Shown here: piece after piece, positions 1 through 9,015 of the stretch
Layout of the letters: every line of letters begins with the position of its first letter
Position numbering within the stretch: the first letter of the stretch is position 1
Translations under genes and position numbers: made by a program
NCBI GenBank assembly: GCA_964492965.1
Contig: CAZBME010000006.1
Location: 5,672-69,671 of the forward strand
Source: an uncultured Syntrophaceae bacterium
GTDB taxonomy: Bacteria; Desulfobacterota; Syntrophia; Syntrophales; UBA8958
Reading direction: 5' to 3'
Length of the DNA stretch: 64,000 nt
Notes under the pieces: model-generated
Databases searched by the model: none
Seen by the model: only the letters and a program-made list of their open reading frames with translations
What the model was told of the DNA's origin: nothing

Positions 1-513
1 GGAGTCGGCCAGATCCAGGGCTGCCTGGATACCGGCGACGCCGCCGCCGATCACCAGGGTGGAACGCCGAACAGGCACCTCCAGTTCCGTACGGCCATCG
101 AGCATGGCGGCCCGGGCGACGGAGGAACGGACCAGATCCTTTGCTTTCCGTGTGGCCCCTTCCGGATCGAGGCTGTGCACCCATGAGCATTGCTCTCTGA
201 TATTGGCCATCTCCATCAGGTACGGATTGAGGCCCGCCTCGCTGACACATTTGCGGAAGGTCGGTTCATGGAGCCGCGGCGAACAGGAAGCGACGACCAC
301 GCGGTTAAGGGCGAATTCCTTGATGTCATGCTTGATCTGAACCTGACCCGGCTCGGAGCAGGTATAACCCTGGTTGATCGCATGGACGACCCCGGGCAGT
401 TCACGGGCATAGGCGGCTACGGCGGCGCAATCCACCGTGGCGCCGATATTGGAGCCGCAGTGGCAGACATAAACGCCGATGCGCACGGCGTCATGGGAAT
501 CCGATTTTTGCAT
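1..513 (-). CDS. HdrA-type heterodisulfide-reductase-like flavoprotein, first 171 codons only (gene runs off the left edge)
   Basis: My own minus-strand translation from ATG 513-511 (RBS GAGAGGA upstream) gives MQKSDSHDAVRIGVYVCHCGSNIGATVD...SCSPRLHEPTF...REQCSWVH...STLVIGGGVAGIQAALDLADS with no stop before position 1. This is a Cys-rich MvhD-like N-domain followed by a GxGxxG FAD fold. It is absent from the ORF track because it has no stop inside the window. Confidence 0.75.
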   Translation of the reverse strand, partial: MQKSDSHDAVRIGVYVCHCGSNIGATVDCAAVAAYARELPGVVHAINQGYTCSEPGQVQIKHDIKEFALNRVVVASCSPRLHEPTFRKCVSEAGLNPYLMEMANIREQCSWVHSLDPEGATRKAKDLVRSSVARAAMLDGRTELEVPVRRSTLVIGGGVAGIQAALDLADS

Positions 514-666
514 GGTATATCCTCTCTATTTCTTGATCGATCATCTGTCGTTGTACCGTTACTGAAAATGGACCATTAGTTCTTTTAATAACCATAGTAC
601 CGTGTAATGCTTGTTCCACTCTGCATACTGTAATACAGGAGACGTTATGGCCCGTCACTTGCCCGC

Positions 667-1830
667 CTACCCTCCGTACCACTCGATCTGTCCGGCCAGG
701 ACGGACATGAGGTCCCGGATTTCCAGCTTTGACGTCCCCTGTTTCAGGCGGTCTCTTATGGCGCAGGTCAGATGAATCATGCATTTCGGGCAGGCGGTGA
801 TGAGGAGGTCGGCCCCGGCGGTTCTCGCTTCCTGAAGGCGTTCCACCTGAATCTGTTTTGAATGGGCGTCGCAATTGATAAAACCGCTGTTCCCGCAGCA
901 CACGGCGCCCCGCCCATGATGTTCCATTTCCGTGAATCCCAGCTTCGGGACGAGAGCAAGGAGCTCCCGCGGACCTTTGTCACGGTTCAACATGCGGCCC
1001 AGGCGGCAGGGATCCTGAAAAGTCGCTTTGCGCTTCAGGGGCTTGAAGGCCATGCCCCCCTTGTGAACCTCTTTTTGGAGGAGATCCATGAGGAGAGTGA
1101 TCTTCAAATCGAAGCCGGGAATCACCTTGGGCATGTGTTCATGGAGGACGTAATAGCATTCGGGGCAGGAGACGATGATTTCACGAATACCGGCGCTCTT
1201 GAAGGTCTCATAGTTCAACCGGCAAAGCTGTTCGAAGTTTTTCTGGTCACCCGTCCAGAGCAGGTCATGGCCGCAGCACCGCTCGTCAGGCAGGAGGACC
1301 GGTTTGATATCCATGAAGTTCAGCAGCCGGATGCTGTCTTTGGCAATAGACAGGGTATCAACCTTGATGCCGGTGAAAAAGATGTCGAAATAGGGGGCGC
1401 AGCCCACAAAAAAGGCGGTGTCTCCCGAGGCGGCCACCTGGATGCTGTCATCGACCCAGTCCAGGCGGTTCTGTTTCAGTTCCGGGGCGGTCATCATGCG
1501 CATCCAGGAATGGATGGCGCCATCATGGGCGCGATAACCCTTCAGGCCTTTCGTTTCCGCGAGAAGCGTCCTCATTTCCAGGATAAATCCGCTGAATTCG
1601 ACGCCCGACGGGCAGCGTTCGCTGCAGATTTCGCAGGTCAGGCATTCCCAGACGGCATTTTCGATAAAGGCCTCATCCTCCCGTTCGGCTATGGCCTTGT
1701 GAGCCAGAAGCCGCGGCGAATATTCTTTCCCTGTGAGCCGCCGGGGGCAGGCAGTCGTGCATTTGCCGCATTCCAGGCATTGATACAGGGCGCGTTCGCG
1801 AATGATACGGTCCATCTTGTGCGCGTCCAT
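667..1830 (-). CDS. HdrD-like (HdrC+HdrB fusion type) iron-sulfur protein: 2x[4Fe-4S] ferredoxin motifs plus two CCG Cys-rich domains
   Basis: Part of ORF 667..2013. I place the start at the internal ATG at 1830 (RBS GGAAGGGG), 4 nt after the mvhD stop. Motifs: CLECGKCTTACP, CLTCEICSERCP, then CCGHDL...DPCRLGR and CCGNSG...ACPKCMIHL. Confidence 0.8.
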   Translation of the reverse strand: MDAHKMDRIIRERALYQCLECGKCTTACPRRLTGKEYSPRLLAHKAIAEREDEAFIENAVWECLTCEICSERCPSGVEFSGFILEMRTLLAETKGLKGYRAHDGAIHSWMRMMTAPELKQNRLDWVDDSIQVAASGDTAFFVGCAPYFDIFFTGIKVDTLSIAKDSIRLLNFMDIKPVLLPDERCCGHDLLWTGDQKNFEQLCRLNYETFKSAGIREIIVSCPECYYVLHEHMPKVIPGFDLKITLLMDLLQKEVHKGGMAFKPLKRKATFQDPCRLGRMLNRDKGPRELLALVPKLGFTEMEHHGRGAVCCGNSGFINCDAHSKQIQVERLQEARTAGADLLITACPKCMIHLTCAIRDRLKQGTSKLEIRDLMSVLAGQIEWYGG

Positions 1831-1834
1831 AGCG

Positions 1835-2266
1835 TTACGCCCCTTCCATTTCCACAACGTGTGTTTTCCGTGAAGTGACTGGCCCCAGTGATTCCATGTC
1901 GCGGGCAAAATCCCATAGGGCCTGCACAAGCTCTTCCCGTTCGTGAGCGCCGAAACTTTTTTCCACCAGCCGCTTCTGCCGGATGCCAAGTAAATGCAGA
2001 AGCTTACGGACACGTTTCACATTTTCATGGCCGACGGCGGGGCCAGGTCCGTAGCGACAATCTTCATCGGTGCATTCCAGGAGAATCACGCCGTCTGCGC
2101 CGTATTCGAAAGCCTTGAGGATCAACGCCTGATTGATGCGGCCGATACACATGACCCGGATGAGACGAAAATTGGCGGGCATGTCCATTTTGGCCATGCC
2201 TGCCGCATTGTAGCAGGCAAAGGGGCTCCAGTTGCAGCAGATGCCCAGAAGTTTTATCGGTTCCAT
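1835..2266 (-). CDS. mvhD: MvhD-type (methyl-viologen-reducing hydrogenase delta subunit family) [2Fe-2S] electron-transfer protein
   Basis: 143-aa ORF: LGICCNWSPFACYNAAG...IRVMCIGRINQALILKAFEYGADGVILLECTDEDCRYGPG, the typical MvhD pattern. The start lies 1 nt after the HdrL stop. Confidence 0.85.
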   Translation of the reverse strand: MEPIKLLGICCNWSPFACYNAAGMAKMDMPANFRLIRVMCIGRINQALILKAFEYGADGVILLECTDEDCRYGPGPAVGHENVKRVRKLLHLLGIRQKRLVEKSFGAHEREELVQALWDFARDMESLGPVTSRKTHVVEMEGA

Positions 2267-2267
2267 A

Positions 2268-5200
2268 TCAGAAAGCCTCCGTCATGGTGCAGGCCACAAT
2301 CTCTTCCAGAAGGCGGTTCGAAAAGTAGGGCATATCCATGGCTGTGACCGGGCAGCGTCCGACGCAACCTCCGCAGCCCACACAGTTATGGCGCAAAACC
2401 TCAGCCGTATAGAACCCGCGGTCATTGGGCACCAGCCGGACGGCGTCAAACGGGCAAATATCGACGCAACGGCCGCAACCCCGGCACCTTTCCGCATCTA
2501 CACGCGGGCTCAGTTCGTGATCTTTGAGGAAGGCCTCGGCCGCGGCGGTGGCCACATGTGCCGCAAGAGCTGCTCCCGCCTGGAAGGCCGTCACCCGCTT
2601 GAGTGTTCTGGGCATTACCCGGTAGAGCCCTATCTGCGGGGTATGGAAGAAGGCAAAGTCGTAACGGTAAAACTTCTTGAGGCCGAACATCCCTTCCGGG
2701 ATGGCCAGAGACAAGAGGTTGTGATCTGCCAGGCAAATGATGTCGGCCCGCCATTGGCGTCGCTGTCCGTCATCGTCAATCGTGACCTGAAAATCGCCCA
2801 TGTGTCCCTTGATGCCTTCTATCACCGCCTCCGGTACGTGAATGATGCTCTTGCCGGGGGCTCCACTGATAGGCCGCGAGCGAATTTCCTCGGGCATCTC
2901 CCGCTTGTCTTTAAGCTGGCAGCGATGCACGAGGCGGACCTTGAAGCCCTGAAGATCCAGGATATGGGCGCAGCTGAGCCCCACGTCCGATCCGCCGAGA
3001 ATGAGGATATTGCTCCCGATTTTGGTGGTCCCCCCACGCAGGGGCCCTTGGAATCGCGACCGTACGAAGGCCTCTCTGAGAAAATCCCTGGCCGTGGCGA
3101 CAAGCCGATCGTCTGAACGGTCGGTTGCCCCCAGATGGTCGCGGATATTGACGGTTTCAAACCGGCTGCGGTCCAGGCCCATGGTTTCGAACAGGTGGAT
3201 GCGGGCTCGATTCCGCTGATCGTTGCAGGAAATACACTGGAATTCAAGGGGGCAGCAGACGCAGGACGCCAGGATGACCCGTCCCAGATTCTTGCTGCGG
3301 ACGGTCTTGGCGATTTGTTCCGCCCCCCGGGGATGGCAAACGGAAAAGATAAGCTCGCTGTGCATAACCCCCGGCAGGTCCTGACCCATTTTCCGGATTC
3401 GTTCGAGGGCGGCGGCGGTGGCCATGGTGCCGTTGCATGTGCAGGTGAAAACACCGATCCGGTCATCCTGTCCGGTGTACATGACTTCAACCTCTGAGGG
3501 CTTCCCGGGTATTCTCAGGGAGGAGCACTCGGCCATTGCCCGCCCGGCTGATGCGGAACCGGCTATCAGGACATTGACGATATCCGTGGCGCGCTTGAAG
3601 TTTCCCACACGATAGACACCTTCCTGATTCAGGATGTCGCGCTGGGTGATTTCGTCTTCGCTGGCAATGATGATTGCCGGGCTGGTAACGGTAACCCGTC
3701 GGGGAGTTCGGTCATGATCAATGGCGCCGATATCCCGGCATGCGTTTTCGCATACCCGGCATTCGCAGCAGGACGCGCATTGGAGGCAGCGCCGGGCTTC
3801 GGCGATGGCCTGCTCTGCCGTGAATCCTGTTTCAACTTCTTCGAAATCCTCACGTCTTATCATCGGATCGCGCCGGGCCATCTCGGGGCGGGTGAGCCGC
3901 GGGGCGCCTTCAGGGAGGTCGAGATGTCCCGGGGTGTCATAAGGCACAATCGCTTGCGTATCCGGAGCCTTTCCCGTACCCGCGAGATAATCGATTACCC
4001 TGGCGGCGGCTCTCCGGCCCTGAGCCATGGAACCGACGACCGTGTCGGGACCCGTCACCACATCGCCGGCGGCAAACACGCCGGGTTGATCCGTATCATG
4101 GTCCTGGTTAACCAGGACACGACCGGCTTTATCCGATTTAAAATGACCTTTGATGCCGGTCTGCTTCCAATGAGGTTCCTGGCCGATGGCCACGATGATG
4201 TGATCGACGGGAAACAGGAACTTTGAATTCTTGACGGGTTCCGGGCGGCGGCGCCCGCTCTCGTCGGGTTTCCCCATTTTCATGCGGATCAGTTCCAGGG
4301 CTTCCACCTTGCCATGCTTGGCCTGCACGGAAGCCGGAGCCACCCGGAATTCGATCCGGATGCCCTCTTCCTCGGCTTCTTGTATCTCCGAAAGACGGGC
4401 CGGCATATCGCCCCGTTCACGGCGGTAGCAGATGGTCACATCTTTGGCCCCCAGGCGGATGGCTGCACGGGCGGCGTCGATGGCGGAATTCCCTCCGCCG
4501 ATTACGGCGACCTGCCCCGCAAGTTTCAGCGCCTTTCCCGTATGGAGAGCCGTGAGCATATCGACGGCGCCGAGAACGCCTTTGGCGTCTTCGCCGGGGA
4601 TGTCCAGGAGAAGATCCCGGTGTGCTCCCGTGCAGAGAATAACGGCTTGAAACCCCTCGTTGAACAGATCCTGAAGATTCCGGACCAAAGTGTTCGTACG
4701 GATCTCCACCCCGGCATCGACGATGGCTCGGATTTCCATGTCGAGGATGGCTCTGGGCAAACGGAAGGCGTTGATGCCCATGCGGAGCATGCCTCCCGCT
4801 TCAGGGTGGGCCTCGAAAATGGTGACGGGGAAACCGGCCCGGTTAAGGTAATGAGCGGCGGCCAGTCCTGCCGGACCGGCGCCGATCACGGCGACACGTT
4901 TCGTTTGCTGCGGTTTTTTGACGGGGGAAAAGCGGGGCGGGTGCTGTTCAAGCTCCCGATCGGCCAGAAAACGTTTCACCGAGCAAATGGCAACCGGTTC
5001 GTCTACGTTCATGCGACGGCAGGTCTCTTCGCAGGGATGGTGGCAGACGCGCCCGCAGATGCCCGGAAGGGGATTGTCCCCGCGGACAACCTCCAGGGCT
5101 TCATCAAAGCGCGATGCCGCCGTCAGTGCCATATACGCCTGAACGTTTATGCCCAGTGGACAGGCTGTCCGGCAGGGGGCCGGTTGGCGTTTATCCATTT

Positions 5201-5639
5201 CCAGTGCCCGGGAAGGACAGTAGGGCGGTGTCCGGAGCAGAGGAGGGTGGGCCGTATCCTGCAAGGGACAAACCTCCATGCAGCGCCCACAACCGGTACA
5301 AAGATCATAGTCCACATAGGCCGGGTTCTGAACGGTGACGACCCGATACCCTTCCGGCCCCTTTTCAATGGATTCGACCCGTGCATGGGTCATGGCCGTC
5401 ACCAGAGGGTGGCGGGTAACGCGAAGGTAAAGGGGGCGAAACTGGAAATTGAGGTCCGCCGGCCATTCCGTGAAACTTTCACGGCCGCTGGGCATTTCCA
5501 GAAAATGGGGGGCTTTGGTCACCCACAGCAGGGGCAGGCCGGACTGGGCCAGATCCTGAGCTACCTTGAGGGCGCCGTATCCGGACCCCACAAGGAGGAT
5601 CGCCTTGCTCTCTGGGTTGGGTAGAGGCGCCTTTTTCAT
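2268..5639 (-). CDS. Large HdrA-like flavo-iron-sulfur protein fused to a GltD/NfnB-like NAD(P)H oxidoreductase module (HdrL type)
   Basis: 1123-aa ORF. It has an N-terminal FAD fold (ILLVGSGYGALKVAQDL), several CxxCxxCxxxCP clusters, and an internal RVAVIGAGPAGLAAAHYLNRAGFPVTIFE...GGML and VAVIGGGNSAIDAARAA (GltD-like). The C-terminus is an HdrA-like part ending with a 2x[4Fe-4S] ferredoxin. The ATG at 5639 overlaps the stop of the upstream gene (ATGA). Confidence 0.8.
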   Translation of the reverse strand: MKKAPLPNPESKAILLVGSGYGALKVAQDLAQSGLPLLWVTKAPHFLEMPSGRESFTEWPADLNFQFRPLYLRVTRHPLVTAMTHARVESIEKGPEGYRVVTVQNPAYVDYDLCTGCGRCMEVCPLQDTAHPPLLRTPPYCPSRALEMDKRQPAPCRTACPLGINVQAYMALTAASRFDEALEVVRGDNPLPGICGRVCHHPCEETCRRMNVDEPVAICSVKRFLADRELEQHPPRFSPVKKPQQTKRVAVIGAGPAGLAAAHYLNRAGFPVTIFEAHPEAGGMLRMGINAFRLPRAILDMEIRAIVDAGVEIRTNTLVRNLQDLFNEGFQAVILCTGAHRDLLLDIPGEDAKGVLGAVDMLTALHTGKALKLAGQVAVIGGGNSAIDAARAAIRLGAKDVTICYRRERGDMPARLSEIQEAEEEGIRIEFRVAPASVQAKHGKVEALELIRMKMGKPDESGRRRPEPVKNSKFLFPVDHIIVAIGQEPHWKQTGIKGHFKSDKAGRVLVNQDHDTDQPGVFAAGDVVTGPDTVVGSMAQGRRAAARVIDYLAGTGKAPDTQAIVPYDTPGHLDLPEGAPRLTRPEMARRDPMIRREDFEEVETGFTAEQAIAEARRCLQCASCCECRVCENACRDIGAIDHDRTPRRVTVTSPAIIIASEDEITQRDILNQEGVYRVGNFKRATDIVNVLIAGSASAGRAMAECSSLRIPGKPSEVEVMYTGQDDRIGVFTCTCNGTMATAAALERIRKMGQDLPGVMHSELIFSVCHPRGAEQIAKTVRSKNLGRVILASCVCCPLEFQCISCNDQRNRARIHLFETMGLDRSRFETVNIRDHLGATDRSDDRLVATARDFLREAFVRSRFQGPLRGGTTKIGSNILILGGSDVGLSCAHILDLQGFKVRLVHRCQLKDKREMPEEIRSRPISGAPGKSIIHVPEAVIEGIKGHMGDFQVTIDDDGQRRQWRADIICLADHNLLSLAIPEGMFGLKKFYRYDFAFFHTPQIGLYRVMPRTLKRVTAFQAGAALAAHVATAAAEAFLKDHELSPRVDAERCRGCGRCVDICPFDAVRLVPNDRGFYTAEVLRHNCVGCGGCVGRCPVTAMDMPYFSNRLLEEIVACTMTEAF

Positions 5640-6226
5640 TTCAGATTACCGGAATGCTCCTTCTTTGAGCGGCCTTTGAGAATGGCCTCGCCATATTCAA
5701 GACCCCGGTCAAAGGCCTGGGCATTACTTTCCTGGGTTGCCGCAGGGACGGAGGATAGCACCGCCTTGCGGAGCGCATCTGCACAAACAAGGTTCTCCAC
5801 GGCGGCAAGAAACCCAAGCATAACAATATTCGCCATCATTTTATTGCCCAACTCCTCGGCAAAGCGTGTGGCGGGGATGTTGTAGGTCTTCCATCCCGTA
5901 TCCGTTTTTTGTGTCCGGACAAGATTCGTTTCCCATATCAGCGTGCCGCCCGGGCGGAGACTTTGGACGTTTTTCGTATAGGCTTCCTGACTCATGCACA
6001 CGAGGACTTCCGGTTCTTCAACGCAGGGATAGAGAACTTCTTCCGGGCTGATGATCACTTGGCTGGAGCATGAGCCACCCCGGGCTTCCGGGCCATAGTT
6101 CTGCGTCATCGTGGCGTGTTTGCCGTCATGTAAAGTCGCGGCTTTTCCCAGGATATCTCCGGCCATGACAATGCCCTGGCCTCCAAAACCCGTGATTAAA
6201 ACATGCCTTTCTTGATTCATCTGCAT
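5636..6226 (-). CDS. 2-oxoacid:ferredoxin oxidoreductase, gamma subunit
   Basis: Part of ORF 5636..6283. The start is taken at ATG 6226 (alternative 6220), just after the beta-subunit stop at 6238. The sequence HVLITGFGGQGIVMAGDILGKAA is typical of the gamma subunit. Confidence 0.85.
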   Translation of the reverse strand: MQMNQERHVLITGFGGQGIVMAGDILGKAATLHDGKHATMTQNYGPEARGGSCSSQVIISPEEVLYPCVEEPEVLVCMSQEAYTKNVQSLRPGGTLIWETNLVRTQKTDTGWKTYNIPATRFAEELGNKMMANIVMLGFLAAVENLVCADALRKAVLSSVPAATQESNAQAFDRGLEYGEAILKGRSKKEHSGNLK

Positions 6227-6237
6227 TGACGTCACCG

Positions 6238-7128
6238 TTATCCTGCATCTTCCCGTGGTGCTTTTCGATCCGGGTGGGGCCACTGGGCAATCTGACGCCG
6301 CCTCAATGCCTGGTAATTATCCCAAAAGGTGGGCCGCTCGATATCGACAAACTTGCCCACCACGATTTCATCGTCGAAATTCAAGGCGGCGTCTTTCGGG
6401 TCAATATCATTACGGATCACCGAGCGTTCGTGATAGAACTTGAGGGTGTCAAGAGCGCTCCCCATGCGATTCCGCCTTCCGAAAGAGGAGGGGCAGGGCG
6501 TCAGGACCTCAATAAAGCTGAAGCCCTTTTTCTGCATGGCTTCCGTAATGGCATTCGTGAGAAGCCGGATATGCAGGGCCGTCCAGCGGGCGACATACAC
6601 AGCGCCGCAAGCAGCGGCCAGACTACAGAAGTTGAAGGGTTCCTCCGGAGATCCGTCGACGCTGGTCGTGGTCTTGGCGCCGAGGGGCGTGCTGGGGGCC
6701 TGCTGGCCTCCCGTCATGCCGTAGTTTAAATTATTTACGCAAACGACCGTAAGGTCCATGTTACGCCTGGCCGCATGAATGAAATGGTTCCCGCCGATGG
6801 CGAAGAGATCGCCGTCTCCGGAGACGACCATGACTTTTGTGTCCGGTTTGGCCAGTTTCAGGCCTGTCGCAAAGGGAAGGGCCCGGCCGTGGGTCGTATG
6901 AAAGGAATCGAGCTTGATATAACCTGCCATGCGCCCTGTACAGCCGATTCCCGACACCATGGCCATCTGGTTGAGATCCCGGCCGGATTTCTGAATGGCA
7001 GCAATGACGCCGCTGAAGACGGTGCCGATGCCGCAGCCCGGACACCATATATGGGGGATCCTCTCGATCCGGAGAAGATCATCCATGGGATGAGGGGCGG
7101 CATGATGAGTTTCTTTTCGTTTCGTCAT
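6238..7128 (-). CDS. 2-oxoacid:ferredoxin oxidoreductase, beta (TPP-binding) subunit
   Basis: 296 aa with WCPGCGIG, GIGCTGR and VVSGDGDLFAIGGNH (TPP/Mg motif). Confidence 0.9.
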   Translation of the reverse strand: MTKRKETHHAAPHPMDDLLRIERIPHIWCPGCGIGTVFSGVIAAIQKSGRDLNQMAMVSGIGCTGRMAGYIKLDSFHTTHGRALPFATGLKLAKPDTKVMVVSGDGDLFAIGGNHFIHAARRNMDLTVVCVNNLNYGMTGGQQAPSTPLGAKTTTSVDGSPEEPFNFCSLAAACGAVYVARWTALHIRLLTNAITEAMQKKGFSFIEVLTPCPSSFGRRNRMGSALDTLKFYHERSVIRNDIDPKDAALNFDDEIVVGKFVDIERPTFWDNYQALRRRQIAQWPHPDRKAPREDAG

Positions 7129-7130
7129 GC

Positions 7131-8285
7131 TTATTCCTTTATTGCTTTCTCGATAGCCCCGAGGATTCTGGCCGGATTAATGATAGCCCCGCCGAAATGG
7201 GAAACCAGCGTGACGGGACAGGCGCCTCCCGCACACCGCTCCAATTCGAGGACCATCTGGCCGGCGTTGATTTCCGGCATAATGAGCGCCCGGACATGGG
7301 GCGCGACGGACCGGATCAGGTCTTCAGGGAAAGGCCAGACCGTTTCGAGTTTGATGAGCCCTGCCCGGATGCCCCTTGCCCGTGCTTCGCGGACAGCTTG
7401 ACGGGCGGCCCTCACACTGATGCCGTAAGCGACTACGACCACCTCGGCATCATCCAGGAATACATTCTCTGTCCGGACGATCCGGTCGCGGTTGGCGCGA
7501 ACCTTCCGTACAATGCGTTCGACCATCTGCGCCTGCGCCTCGGGATTCATGGCGGGATAGCCGCGCTCATCGTGGGTCAGCCCCGTAATGTGGATATGAT
7601 AACCGTCGCCGCAGTTGGCCATGGGCGCCACACCATCAGGATCCGCCCGGTAAGGCAGAAATTCCTCCGGCGGCACGGAGGGCTTGCGGCGGCTGACGAT
7701 TTCAATTTTATCTTCCGTCGGAATCACAACCCGTTCGTTCATATGGCCCACAACCTCGTCGGCCATGATAATCACGGGGAGGCGATATTGTTCGCTCAGG
7801 TTGAAGGCCCGGATGGTGAAGTCGAACATCTCCTGGGGGCTGGAGGGAGACAGGGCGATGATTTCGTAATGGCCGTGCGAGCCCCAGCGGGCCTGCATCA
7901 TGTCTCCCTGAGCCACCAGTGTCGGCAGCCCCGTGCTCGGTCCCGCCCGCTGCACATTGCAGATCACGCAAGGCGTCTCCGTACAGAGGCCCAAGCCGAT
8001 ATTCTCCATCATGAGGGAAAAGCCGGGCCCTGAGGTGCTGGTCATGGACTTGACGCCTCCCCAGCTGGCTCCCAGGATGGCGGCCATGGAGGCCAGTTCG
8101 TCTTCCATCTGAATATAGATGCCTCCCAGCTGTGGGAGCCTTCGTGACATGCGTTCTGCGACTTCCGTGGCCGGTGTGATGGGATACCCTGCAAAGAAAC
8201 GGCATCCGACCGCCAGCGCCCCTTCGCAACAGGCATGGTCACCGTTCATGAAATGGGTTCCCGTCAGCACAGCTTTGTTCGCCAC
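7131..8285 (-). CDS. 2-oxoacid:ferredoxin oxidoreductase, alpha subunit
   Basis: 384 aa with MNGDHACCEGALAVGCRFFAGYPITPATE...TSGPGFSLMMENIG. It ends 2 nt before the beta-subunit start. Confidence 0.9.
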   Translation of the reverse strand: MANKAVLTGTHFMNGDHACCEGALAVGCRFFAGYPITPATEVAERMSRRLPQLGGIYIQMEDELASMAAILGASWGGVKSMTSTSGPGFSLMMENIGLGLCTETPCVICNVQRAGPSTGLPTLVAQGDMMQARWGSHGHYEIIALSPSSPQEMFDFTIRAFNLSEQYRLPVIIMADEVVGHMNERVVIPTEDKIEIVSRRKPSVPPEEFLPYRADPDGVAPMANCGDGYHIHITGLTHDERGYPAMNPEAQAQMVERIVRKVRANRDRIVRTENVFLDDAEVVVVAYGISVRAARQAVREARARGIRAGLIKLETVWPFPEDLIRSVAPHVRALIMPEINAGQMVLELERCAGGACPVTLVSHFGGAIINPARILGAIEKAIKE

Positions 8286-8289
8286 GATG

Positions 8290-8574
8290 TTACTCCTTTA
8301 CCTGTTTCCCGCCGGTTCCGTTGCCATCGACGCTGTATATGGCGAATTCGGGGCACAATACCTCGCAGAAATGGCAGTTTGCGCATTTAGAGGCATTCAC
8401 GACGTCCGGGGGATGATATCCTTTTTTATTAAAGTCCGAAGACAGGCGCAATACTTCCCGTGGGCAGTAAGCGATGCAGAATCCGCAACCCTTGCAGCGA
8501 TCGTCTATAATGACGACCTTCCCCAGGGTGGTCTGCGTTTCTGCCAGATCGAGTGGTTTTCTCCAGTATTTCAT
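8290..8574 (-). CDS. 2-oxoacid:ferredoxin oxidoreductase, delta subunit (2x[4Fe-4S] ferredoxin)
   Basis: 94 aa with CKGCGFCIAYCP and CANCHFCEVLCP. It is the first gene of a delta-alpha-beta-gamma order, as in kor/oorDABC-type operons. Substrate specificity cannot be deduced by eye. Confidence 0.85.
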   Translation of the reverse strand: MKYWRKPLDLAETQTTLGKVVIIDDRCKGCGFCIAYCPREVLRLSSDFNKKGYHPPDVVNASKCANCHFCEVLCPEFAIYSVDGNGTGGKQVKE

Positions 8575-9015
8575 CGATTCTTATCAACAAATAAATAACA
8601 TTAAACGATTCCAGCGAACCCGCAAGATAACCTGTGGGTCCCATGACCAACATTATTGAGCCGGGGGATTTTAGGAGTGCGAAGGCCCCTATTGCTAAAC
8701 ACGCCAAATCCTGTTGATTTCGAGTGCAGTAAGCTGGCTCGGACATTACCAAGCTTGCCTGGTGGTAATTCCATGAGGGCTTATAAGATGTAGGCAACGG
8801 TGTCAAGAAAAATGTTTTTATTTTAAAATACTATTACTTCCAGCCACTTCGTTGGTAGGCCCTTTGTCTGATCTTTCAAAATCCTTGCACCGGAATGAGA
8901 ATAGGAGTACAAATCTGTATCTTCCGTTTCCGCTTGGGAACCCTAGAGAGTTTAAGTGCCCCTTTTTAATTCACGGGCGCCATTCAACCCATACCTTTAA
9001 ATTTAGGAGGATAAT

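Noticed and set aside
862-1878. Long ORFs antisense to well-supported genes, for example 862..1878 +, 4314..5624 +, 23241..24278 +, 24629..25768 +, 37358..38833 +, 49691..50671 + and 61547..62641 +.
   Set aside because: Each lies entirely opposite a gene with clear family motifs. They are rich in Arg/Gly/Ala/Pro, as expected for antisense frames of GC-rich coding DNA, and lack RBSs and recognisable motifs.
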